From Eledone cirrhosa (lineage: Eukaryota), in the NCBI GenBank assembly GCA_964016885.1, contig OZ024740.1, positions 365,304,001 to 365,368,000 of the forward strand: 64,000 nucleotides of DNA, given 5' to 3'. The position numbers were made by a program, and so were the translations under genes. This document shows, piece by piece, positions 25,001 to 36,671 of the stretch. Each line of letters starts with the position of its first letter. Within the stretch, counting starts at the first letter, position 1. The notes below the pieces were generated by a model. That model was not told where the DNA came from. It saw only the letters and a list, made by a program, of their open reading frames with translations, and did not search any database.

Positions 25001-28000
25001 AGCACACCACACCAGCTCTCCTCCCTCTTTTCATTATTCAGCAGTAGGTGCTGGAGAATTGGAGGAGGAGAAGAAAAGGAAACATCAATAAGCTGCTGTG
25101 CTAGATACAGTAGAGTGATATGACTAGAATGCAGCATTCAAGGATCTTACTAATAATACAAATGTAATTGAAGAGTGCTTGATGCATGAGGGCAGGGCAG
25201 GTGGGGTTATGTGAAGCAAGGGATTATGCTTCACCTGATCAGGTTTTATGATAAAAAATATAATATAAAGAAATGCTGGAAGCTGTCCATTTGAAATTCT
25301 TCCAGAGATTCATAATAATTATAATAAAATTCAAAAAAGAAAAAAAACAAACAAAACTATTTGCTGTCCAACATATGTCTCATTTTTTTAAATAATCTCT
25401 CTCTCCCTATCTCTCTTTCTCTCTCTCTCTTTCTCTATCATTCTCTTTATCTTTCCTTCTCTGTCATTGTTTGATTGAATATAGCGATAATGAGTTAACA
25501 GAAATTTTATTGCACTCACACTCACACTCACACATGCTCGAAAAAAGAAAAAAACTTTAATAAATGAGCCCCTGATATTATTAAAACTATCCTGCTGTGA
25601 ATGGACATATTTACCAGGGAGTACAAGAAAATTTTGCAAGATTTAAAAAAAAAAAAAAAAATTGAAAGTAATGGAAAAAAACAACACAAAATTAAAAAGA
25701 TATTTTTATTTTTATTTTCCCCTCCCCTCTTTTTTTTTTAATTTTCCAAAGAAACTTGTAAATTTTGTTTCTAAGAGAGAAAAAAATACAAAACCAAAAG
25801 ATAGTAAAGGAAAGGCTGTTACCTTTTATGGTCAGATTCACAGACTTATTTTATTTTGATTTTGTTATGTTATTTTTGTTGTGTTGTTTGTTGTACATCT
25901 GTTTACACCTCTGACTTGGTTTTCTGTCTTTCCTCCTAAATATAAATGCATGTATGTATAAAATATATGTTGAGAGGACTCTAGTGATGACATGACAACC
26001 TCTCTTGTGCTGGTGCCACAAAATATGTACCCAGCGCACACTAAGGTTGGTGATGATAAAAAGGGCATCCAGCTGTTAAAACCATACCAAAAAGAGGCAA
26101 GAGGACTCTTCAGTTGTGTCAAGGGCATGACAACCTCTCTAGTGTTAGTGAGCTACATGATAAACTCACCCGGTGCCCTCTGTAAATTGTTGGTTATAGG
26201 AAGGACTTCTGGCTGCAGAAAACTTATCAAACAAAGAATCGAGAAGACTTCAACTGTGTCAAAGACATAACAACACCTGTGTAGGACGAGTCACATGATT
26301 AAATGCACTTGGAAAAGTGAGAGAACATATTTAAGCAAGATGTAGGGTCTCAAGCCTGTCTGAGAGATCAGTAGCTCCACTTAAGTACTGACTTAGTCTG
26401 CAACTACTCATCCAAGTCTTGCTAGCAGAGAAAACAGATTAAATGAGGGTCATTTATGTGTCTAGCATAGTATGTTTATGGTAGGTTAAGTTGTATTTAG
26501 GTATATGGATGGTATTTGTGATAGGGTGTTTAACCATTTTGGTTATATGTATATATATTATTGATAAGCAGTTTACGGTAATTTTTCCTTGCTAGTGCCA
26601 GGATTATCCCACTGACAGGCTTCATACACTTTAAGGGGTCTTCTTTGTGGCAATGTTTTACAATCGATGCCAACCCTTTTAGTCACATCTTATGACATGC
26701 AGGGATTGTGTACCTACTCTAAACTGAATTCGCTCTCAAATTATAATATATATACACACTGATGAGTGCCTGTGTATGTTGGTTTTAACAAACAGGAGAA
26801 AAAATATTCAATAATAGTTTATTTCAGCTGATCCAGTTGCCTCTTTCACTAGCTTCCCCTTCATGATATAGATTCTTCAAGCAGGAAACAACTGAAAGAC
26901 CAACAGAGATAGAGGGATAAGGTATTGTATCGCACAAATATGTGTGTGAGCATTGAATACTTGGTCAAAGGTTGAGTTTATGATAAGCTCTGCAATATAT
27001 AACAATTGCTACCACCTCTGCTGCTGTCTTTTCTTTTATTTATTCCAGACCATTTGTATTACCTCACTAATATCCAGATTTAATATTGTCTCGCAGGATT
27101 GCTTTTATCATCCTGAAATGATATAGCAGAAAATATATATGTTTGTAGAATCTTTACCACTGGACATATGCTGAAAATATATAGTAAACTAAAGATTAAT
27201 TTTTTAGTGATGCAAATATAGTCTTGTTTTGTACTTTTCAGGAATGTCTTGCTAATAATTGTTTCTACTTTTGGCACAAGGCCAGCAATTACCCAGAGCA
27301 TTACTGGTACTTTATTTATCAACTCCGTAAGGATGAAAGGCAAAGTTAATCTTGGCAGGATTTGAACTTAGATCATAAAGGGCTGTAACTCTTTGCTGCA
27401 AAGCTAATAATGCGATTTTATGTGGTACAGGATGTTAGGACTTAAACAGATTTGTACATTAATGCTTTCATTACCACATTTCTAAGGAAATACACTGCCT
27501 ATAATTTTCAAATATTTTGGAAAATAAGAATTTACAGAAATTTTGTAATATAACCCATTATTAACCCTTTCATTACTATAATTCTAACTGTGTCTCAATT
27601 AAATTCTGAAATAAGCAAGAATTTAGACAACTATAATTGTTTTTATTGATATATGAACATGCTCTTTGGAACACACATTAGCTATGGTTCTTAAATCTAT
27701 TACATAATTTTTGTTTCAAAACTACTCTAATCACAGGTAAATACAGGTAAATTTCATAAAATGTAAAATTATTTAAATTTTGTTTGAACATCATATAAAA
27801 TGAATTATTAGTTGATATTCAACTGATCTATATTACAATTCTATTATATAAGAATTATGCACGTTATTGAATCTTCAATTGAACTTTAATGCATATAAAT
27901 CAGGTGCACTGTAAAGGTAATATAATGGAATTTATGGTTGAAGAAAACTACAAAATGAAATAAATTTACATGCATAAATAGGTTGAACAATGAAAACAAA

Positions 28001-28349
28001 AAGGCATGCTTTAGTGCTTAATTTGTTCATTGTTTTATGATAATTTCAGAAGGTTGATTGACTGACTAATCAGTAGCAGTTATGTAACTATATTATTAAT
28101 CTTCTTCAGAATGAATATAAAACATTGAACTAATTAAGCACTAAACCTCATCTTTTTATTTTCATTGTTCAACCTATATATATACACATGTAAATAAACT
28201 CTGTTGCTTGTTTGAATGCTTAACAAAATATATAATATCCTACCACAAAACCCTTATCACTTGGTCTCAGTGGAGCTTTTACTTCCATACTACATGGAGT
28301 TCTAATAGCATAAATTTACACATACGTAATTAAACAATAATGATCATAA

Positions 28350-29294
28350 CTAGCAGAAAAACCACCCTTCGGGTTGTTTTCTGCTAGCATGTGTAGTGTG
28401 TATATTGATATTATACGCAGGTATATATACATGTAGATATGATACATCAAATAAAATCGTAATTGACAATATATAATACATAGAAATTGAAAGAAGACTG
28501 TGTTACACTGTCTTATTTAATCAGTAACGTAATCCATGATACGTTAACCGTTTAGCATTCACATTATTTTATATATACTATTATATTTTCATGGTAAAGG
28601 CTTTATCTCACATAATATTGAATTTATGAGATTTTGAGAACAATACCTTAACATCAGTTTGAACAACCAGTTTCAACAGAAGGAGGTAGAGAATTCTGGC
28701 CGGTTTGAACATTAAAGGGTTAAAAAAAAGATGATATTATATATATCCCGCCGAAGTTGACTTTGCCTTTCATCCTTACGGGGTCGATAAAATAAAGTAC
28801 CAGTAATGCACTGGGTAATTGCTGGCCTTGTGCCTAAAGTAGAAACAATTATATATAAACTGCATTAGGAGAAAATTAGTATGATTATTTTAGCAATGGC
28901 CAACCGGAAGTGTTGACATTTCAAAAATTTTAAAGAAGTGAATCTTTAAATAAACAAAATATATTTAATCAACAACCACGAAATTTAGTAGATAAATTAT
29001 ATAATATTCATTATTTATTCATTGGCAGCATCGGTAGAGCGTCAGACACCATGCTTTACAGCATAGAGTTATGGCCCTTTGCGTTCTGAGTTTTAATCCA
29101 GCCAAGGTTAACTTTGCCTTTCATCCTTACAGGGTCGATAAAATAAAGTACCAGTAATGCTCTGGATAATTGCTGGCCTTGTGCCAAAAGTAGAAACAAT
29201 TATTTATTCAAAGTAATCCAACTTATTTTACTAAGGGGATAAAAAATTATAAACCGTACGCAGTCCCGCACTCCTTACTTTATTATAGTTTAGA
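28350..29294 (-). mobile_element. Non-autonomous Helitron carrying three nested insertions
   Basis: Minus strand starts a|TCtaaactataa and ends in a hairpin plus CTAG|t, between A and T, with no TSD; second copy at 32405-32920. Confidence 0.75.
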
Positions 29295-29488
29295 TGTCAT
29301 TCACATTACAAGTGAATGAAATTGAAAACTAGGTAAATTTTAAACTTGAAAAAACAAATTAAAAAATTAAACTATAATATATATAGAGAGAGAGGTAGAA
29401 CACTGGAAGGTATTATCCGTAGTGGTAGCGCACTCAGTCCATGGGACGAGTTAGGTAGAAGTGGTAACACAACAGTTAGTTCACCATA

Positions 29489-29528
29489 CTGAGAACAATT
29501 GTTTCACCTTAGCGGATCCTCAGCTCAG
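29489..29528 (-). ncRNA. Type I hammerhead ribozyme, minimal, intact core
   Basis: Minus strand: ctgag CTGAGGA t-cc gctaa gg-t GAAA caattg TT ctcag (5-bp stem I, palindromic stem III). The plus-strand twin at 29537-29576 has GAAA changed to TAAA. Confidence 0.75.
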
Positions 29529-31479
29529 ACTGCAGTCGGAGCTGAGGATCCACTAAGGTTAAACAATCGTTCTCGGTATGGTGAACTAACTGTTGTGTTA
29601 CCACTTCTATATATATATGGAAATAAAATAAAATTAAATTGTTTTTTTTTTTCATGGAAAGATGTAAAATATCAAGTTCTGCATAACGTGGCCTTGAAGA
29701 ATACACAGTAGAAAGTTGCTTTAATTGACCAGTCACTAGGAATTTTCCTATTTTTATGTTGGTATTCTCAGCACTTTTTGTGACCATCGATTTTTATTTT
29801 TTTCATTTTTTTTTTTTTTCCAAATTTTATTTAAATTGGATGAATTCAGAGGGATATTCCTCTTGCAAGATATTGCTTTCCTTCAAAAACATTTTTTTTT
29901 TCTTTTCTTAACAGTACTCTGCCTTTAACTGTGTTACATCTGCCGAGAACTACAGATGGTCGCAACACTTGAATAACTTACAATTTGGTATCTAGTCAAA
30001 AAAGCATTTACAATAGTCATATTTACTATGCATCAAACCAAGTATCACTACTGCTTATAACGTGTATGTCAGGCTAAAACTCTGATATATCAGATCTATA
30101 CATCCGCCTCCAGAATCTTGGTTTAGAAGCTATGAGCTGTTTCCATCCACATGTGGTTTATCAGTGAGGGATAGGAAATTAATTTGTCTCTTGTTTTCAT
30201 ATGTGGTTGTTTGTAAATCTCCTTTCTGCCATCGGATAATAATATCCCCCATTATATGAAGGCAGTGGACACCCTGATTCGCGGCAGAGAGTTACGTCCC
30301 TTTACATTCTAAGTTCAAATCCTACCGAAGTTAGCTTTGCCTTTCATCCTTACAGGGTCGATAAAATAAAGTACCAGTAACGCACTGAAGTCGATTTAAT
30401 CGACTTTCCCTCCCCCAAAATTGCTGGTCTTGTGTCTAAATTAGAAACCATTATTATTACTATTATTTGTAGTCATTGTAGCACACATGTTTCTACAGCT
30501 AAGCCCACCACAGGGTTTTAGCAAACTGAACATTTTTTTTTTTTCCCCTCCAAACATAGGAAACCATAATTCTGTATAGTGTTTAGTTTCTACAGTTATT
30601 ACCTGGACCATTCCAAGTCTGGAAAAATGTATATATAGTATGTTAGCATGGAAAATGGTCGTTAAACGACGATGATGATGATGATAGTAATCCACAGTTG
30701 CATCATGAAAAAAACTGATTAGGCCCTCCCTCTTCAGAAAAATTTAGAAGAGTATTTTCTTCCAAATTTTCAGTCTATTCTTGGAAATATCACATTCATT
30801 ATCCATATAACTGCTGTTGTTATAATTGATACGACTTGTATCTATGATTGGAATATCTAATTCAAGATTTCCCATGCGGTTTACTTCATTGTCTTTTTCA
30901 GCTTCTTTTGTAAATCCTCCAAAATTGGAGTTGTGAATATGAAACTGGTATTTTTTTTTTTTTTTTTTAACAAAAGTAACTGAAAATTTTAAAATTATGA
31001 TATGGAAAAAATATCCAAAAATCCAGAGAGCACATTTTTTTTAATGAAAAGTTTTGGAACAACTCTGATTGTTTATCTTGTGAAATCAGACATAGTAATG
31101 AGATTTACGTTGATATTTTCATTTGGGTGTTAACAGATCATTTTAAGTAGGTCAGTCTTATTAGACAAAAAATGTTGGGGTGAGTTAGTATCAAAAGGGT
31201 TAATCTGATGTTTAGAACATAAAGGTTCTTACATCAAGTTATGATGGAAGATTTTAGATAGATATAAACTAAAAAAAAACAGCTCTGTATCGAAACCATC
31301 AGCAGGTTGGTGTCAAAAGGGTTAAACATTTCAGTATGTCATAATTATTTCTGTTTAATGCCAATTTTTCCACGCATGGGTTAGATGGGTCGTCCACGCC
31401 GGGAGGCAAGTCTGGCCAGGGTTGGTGTTGCACCTTGCTCCGGCTGGGACTAAATTTGCTGGGTATTTTACAGTGTGGA

Positions 31480-32290
31480 ACTGGATAACTCCGTTATGAG
31501 GAGAGAAAGGCCAGTTGGCCACGCCGAACCTGTTTCACAAACCCAACCCATCACACAGTGAAACCATAGTTTTGGAGCCTGATACTGGATGGCACCGATA
31601 CGAGGAGCCTAACTCATCTCACAGTCTTGGGGCCTGGTACTGAGTAGCAATGTTACCATAGTTTTGGGGACGAGTACTGTATGACACCACTATGAGGAGG
31701 GACAGGTGCAGAACCACAGTTTGGGAGCCTGGCGTTGGATGGCACCATTATGTGAATGGACCACTGCTACTATGAGGGAGAAGTCAGTTGGCTGCGCCGA
31801 ACCCTTCTCACAACAACACCCCAGTTTCAAAGCCAAGTAATCTCCACGCGACGGACACTTCTCAATACGAAACTGGACTCTGGGACTGGATAGCATCGCT
31901 ATGAGGAGGAAATTGCCAGTTGGCCGCGCCAAACCCTTCACACAGCAGACCTTCAGTTCAGGTATTAGATGTGCGTGACACCATTATGAGGAGAGACAAG
32001 CCAGTTGGCTGCGCCGAACCCCCTCTCATAGCGGCACACCAGTTTCAGAACTGGGTCCTCTCCATGTGACAGACACTTCTGAATACGAAACCGGATAACC
32101 ACGTGACTCCATGCGCTAAACCTTTCTCAGTACGAAACCACTTATTGGGGGCACTTGACATTGGATGGCACTAAAACGATGATCCTAACCCATCTAACTT
32201 GGAGACTGGCACTGGATGACACCACTATGGGAAGGGAGAGGCCAATTTGGCCGTGCTGAACCCTTCCCACAGTGGCACCGCAGTTTGGAT
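31480..32290. repeat. Complex GC-richer imperfect tandem repeat next to an RTE-like tail
   Basis: Module ...tggatggcacca.tatgagga...ccagttggc.gcgccgaacc recurs at ~31511, 31784, 31916, 32001 and 32242. Confidence 0.75.
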
Positions 32291-32404
32291 AATCGAGATG
32301 CTTATTTTCACTATAGACTACACATGTTATGATTAAAATATTCTAAATAACTATTTACTTAAGCAATATGACAAAATATAAATACAAAAAATAATTAATC
32401 AGTA

Positions 32405-32920
32405 CTAGCAGAAAAACCACTCTTCGGGTGGTTTATTGCTAGCATGTGTAGTGTGTATATTGATATTATACACAAGTATATATACATGTAGATATGATAC
32501 ATCAAATAAAATCGTAATTGACAATATAAAGATAAATTGAACAAAGCCTGTGTTACGCTGTCTTATGTAATCAGTAACGTAATCCATGATACATTAAAAA
32601 AAAAGACGATACGATATATAAACTGCATTAGGAGAAAATGAGTATGTTTATTTAAGTGATCGCCACCAGAAGTGTTGACATCACACACTCACTCTTTCTA
32701 TATATATGGTAGTTGAAGTGGTGGTGGTGGCAACGATATACCGGAAGTGCAACTTTGAAAAGAAGTCAATTTTAAATTATTTATTTTTACGAAATTTAGT
32801 AGATAAATTATGTAATATTCATTCGTTATTTATTCAAAGTAATCCAACTTATTTTACTAACTGGATAAAAATAAATAAACCATACGCAGTCCCGCAGACC
32901 TTCCTTTATTATAGTTTAGA
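32405..32920 (-). mobile_element. Non-autonomous Helitron, copy lacking those insertions
   Basis: Same TC...hairpin-CTAG termini; colinear with the 28350 copy. Confidence 0.75.
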
Positions 32921-33472
32921 TTGACAAAATATGTATGTATATATATATTATCATCATCATCAACGTTTAACGTCCGTGTTCCACGCTTGGATGGGGGTAG
33001 TCCCACTTAGGCAAGAGTGATTGTCTTGCTCGCATAGGACTGTCTGGCAGGTTTTCTACAGTTGGATGCCCTTCCTAACACCAACCACATTTACAGTGTG
33101 GGTCTGGGAGGTTTTTACCGTGTTGCCTACACGGCCACATTACAGCGTGGACTGTGTGTTTTTTTGTCGTGACATCTACACGATCTCATTTGTTTCGGCC
33201 ATACATATTGCCATCCAGGATTTTAAAAAAGCTTTCACACACATTCTTACCATCTCTATTTATACATTTGAACTGAAAAATCAATACATTACAAATTCGA
33301 TTTTTGCACTTGGCGTGGGTCGATTTGAAAATTTTTGACCGATGTCTCCACCAGACCTTCATCTATAAGTGTAGCAATTTCACCGAAATTTGAACATACG
33401 GTTTAGGAGGAGATCTGTGCCGACCGTTTTAGTAGACAGACAGACAACCTCAGTTTTATATATATAGATATA

Positions 33473-34384
33473 CTAGCAGTAAAGCCCGGCGTTGCTCAGG
33501 GCTGCTCAGTAGTTGTGTTAAAGTTACAATGTTAAGTTCCTTTTTTGGCTTAAAAACTGTAGAGTCTACAGTGTAGACTTTCATGTGGTACTTTTGATTA
33601 ATATTCCCTCAACCAACAGTATGCCTTATGAAGTTAAGAAAACATAACCATAACCCGAATGTTAAACAAAAGAGGATGCTGGGGATAAAAACTGCACTGG
33701 TAATCTATTAACAAAAATCGAAAATGTAAACACTGCAACACTTGTCTCAGAGAAAAACATCAGCATAAGCAAACTATCAGTTATTTTGAAACAAAGAAAT
33801 TGGATAGACATGAAAAACAAAAAAAGAAAATGCGTTATCTGTCTGTCGTTTAAAAGCATTGCTTCTAAATAAAAAATCTCATAAGGCTTTATTCGAGATC
33901 AATGCTTTTTTTACAAAATATTTGCTTGTTTTATGGTGTATTCAAATAGGCTTGTTTTCAAGTAAAAATATTGTTTTAAAAGACTTTTTAATGGAAATGA
34001 AGCAAAATGGAAGCTTAATGCTGAAACTTCGAACTCATGAATTTTGCAGGTTAAAATTTTGCTGGTCCGAAAACTGTTCACGTATTTTTGTACTTTTGCA
34101 TGCGTCGTTTATTCGTAACGTAAATAGGTAAACAGAATGAGGTCATAAAAGGGAAATAACTCGTCTCTCATCTCTATTTATACATTTGAACTGAAAAATC
34201 AATACATTACAAATTCGATTTTTGCACTTGGCGTGGGTCGATTTGAAAATTTTTTTGACCAATGACTCCGCCGGGCCTTCATCTATGAGTGTAGCAATTT
34301 CACCGAAATTTGAACATACGGGTTAGGAGGAGATGTGTGTCGACCGTTTTAGTAGACAGACAACCTCAGTTTTATATATATAGA
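33473..34384 (-). mobile_element. Non-autonomous Helitron (second family), with adjacent partial tandem copy at 33251-33468
   Basis: Minus strand a|TCtatatatataaaactgagg ... ccctgagcaacgccggg hairpin ... CTAG|t; 33251-33468 repeats 34169-34384. Confidence 0.8.
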
Positions 34385-34410
34385 TGTATCTGTGTATATA
34401 TATATATAAT

Positions 34411-34756
34411 GGAGGCACATGGCTTAGTGGTTAGAGCATTGGCCTTGCAATCGAAAGGTTGTGAGTTCAATTCTCGGCCCGGGTGATGTGTTGTTTCCTT
34501 GAGCAAGACACTTTATTTCACATTGCTCCAGTTTACTCAGCTGTAGAAATTAGATGATAGGGACTGGGGTCCCTATCATTCCACTGCAAAGTGGTCGTGG
34601 AGGTGCCACGGCAAAAAAGCACCCAGCACTCACTGTAAATGAGGTTGGTATTAGGAAGGGCATCCAGCTGTAGAAATCAAGCCAGAATCAGTTCCCGTCC
34701 CACCCTTGCAAGCAGGGAAAAGCAGACGTAAAATGAAATGATGAAATGAATGATGA
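34411..34756 (+). mobile_element. tRNA-headed SINE family B with RTE-derived tail
   Basis: A box TGGCTTAGTGG, B box GAGTTCAATTC, body ccttgagcaagacacttt, internal hairpin gatagggac-tggg-gtccctatc, tail shared with RTE 3' UTR, (ATG)n end. Confidence 0.85.
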
Positions 34757-34887
34757 TACACTGTAGGTCGCTTTAACCCGTCTTTTATTATTCAAAATCT
34801 TCTTGCCAATAAACATTAACCTTTTGTATGCCATTCATCTAACTGTAGACCAACAAATACCAAGTAAACGGAGTGTTGACAAGAACG

Positions 34888-34907
34888 ATGGCGAATGAAT
34901 CTTTGAG
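34888..34907 (+). other. Candidate first coding micro-exon of an unknown downstream gene
   Basis: aacgATGGCG AAT GAA TCT TTG AG|GTAAGC in a non-repetitive, CpG-retaining stretch; no downstream exon found. Confidence 0.3.
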
Positions 34908-35033
34908 GTAAGCAGTTTCCTCCCGGGCTGTTAGTTCACGCAGGATTCTCTGCTACACCTTTCCGTAATAATACCAAACAACGTACTGCTGGTCACTCCT
35001 TCCTCTAAAAGCCGTACAAAGCATCTCTCTCTT

Positions 35034-35077
<44 letters not shown>

Positions 35078-36671
35078 AGAACAGATTAAAGTTTAAGCAA
35101 GGAATCGCTGCTTTCAACATTAACGGGATCTTCTGAAACTAAAAAATTTAATCTGTGAACGCAGAAGTAAATATTTCGAAAAACGTTGCAACCGAAGGAA
35201 AACAGGAAGACGATATTTTGGTTCGTGAAGACGTTCCCTGGCAATGAACGCAAAAAGAGCGAGGATTATACGTCGTTATGTGGACCGAGAAGAACAATTT
35301 CGTGCAAAGACAAGACCAAGTTTTTGGTATAAATGGAGTCGTTAGACTAATATTCTATTTAAAATAACCGAATGATTTCCATCCCCGGAGTTTAAGAATA
35401 ATGTAAATAAAATTGAAAACGAAAATGACAGAGGTTATTAAAATAGTAAAAGTAAATAGTGAAGATTTAGGCCAGTACATATGTATGCGCCGACGGACAT
35501 ACACATACATATACATACACACACACAAATACATGCATTTCTACAGTATTTTCACCAAACTTAAGACATAGGTTACTTATGTACTCCGGATGGTCATGGG
35601 CACTTTCATTTTTCCAGATATTGATTATAGGGCCTCCCAGCAGATAACCCCCTTTAACCACTTCCTTGGAATCGACTGAAGAACTGCAGTGCAATGCACC
35701 AAAACGTCATAACTTCTGGAGTTCGCAACCGATTTTCACAAAACTTGACACATGGACTACGTTTGTTCTACAGATGAATGTGAACTCTCAGAATTGGCAT
35801 ATATTGAGTAGGGGACCCCTGGGGGCAGGAACCCCCTTTTGGAAAAAGCCGATGATTTTGTAAAAGTATAGTTTTCGAAGCATAACTGCTATTTAATACC
35901 CGAGCAACTAGTCTATAAAGACTTGTTAACAACTCTCTCTTGCATAGACACTGTTACCATCCCCTTTCCATAAAGACTTCTTATAGCTATCTCACCTATA
36001 AACACCCTCTTACTATCACTTTTCCATAAAGACTTGTTGCAAATCTCTCACATTAGAAAAAAAAAAGATGAGCTCCCATCATTGTTGTAAGGTAAATAAA
36101 AGTGGGAATATATCCTAACAGAACCAAAAAGTAACACAAACAGCACAAGAAAGGAAGAAAAAAATGGTAGTTAGACAGTTAATTTAGGGAGAACAACACA
36201 ATACTGCTATAGATGTAAACAAAAGTTTAAAGTAATGACTGTTTATTAGAAAAGGGGAAAGAGACACAACCTCCTCATTTCGACTCCTGTCAAAAATGTT
36301 CTGCTAATTGTGTTAACATTATTTTCAGTAAATTCATCCACCTGCTTCTCGTGGATACGACAGCAAACGTCAAAACAAAATGCATGAAAGCGGTTCCTAA
36401 ATTTAAATCAAATAGCAAAGCGACAAGAGCAGAACATTTTGATGGAGGGATTTTTAATTTCCAAAATATTAGGACAAAAAAGGATTTCTACTATAGGCAC
36501 AATGCCAGCAATTTGGGGGAGGGGAAAGTTGATCAAATCGACCCAGTGTGTTACTGGTACTTTATTTTATCGACCCTGAAAGGATGAAAGGCAAAGTTAA
36601 CCTTAAGCCGTAAAAGGCTGTAACTATATGCTTCAAAGCATGTATGACGCATTGCCAATCCAGTGCTCCAG

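Noticed and set aside
22088-25960. Defined BCL9 3' UTR end
   Set aside because: Several AATAAA candidates (e.g. ~22420, 22518, 22852, 24922); cannot choose without RNA data.
26755-26812. CTGATGA gtgcctgt...acagga GAAA
   Set aside because: Stems I and III absent; cannot be supported.
34411-34485. tRNA gene
   Set aside because: A/B boxes belong to a SINE head; no convincing cloverleaf, and it continues into the SINE body.
35673-35712. CTGAAGA...AAAAcgTC
   Set aside because: No stem I, GAAA mutated, and it lies in an unrelated repeat.
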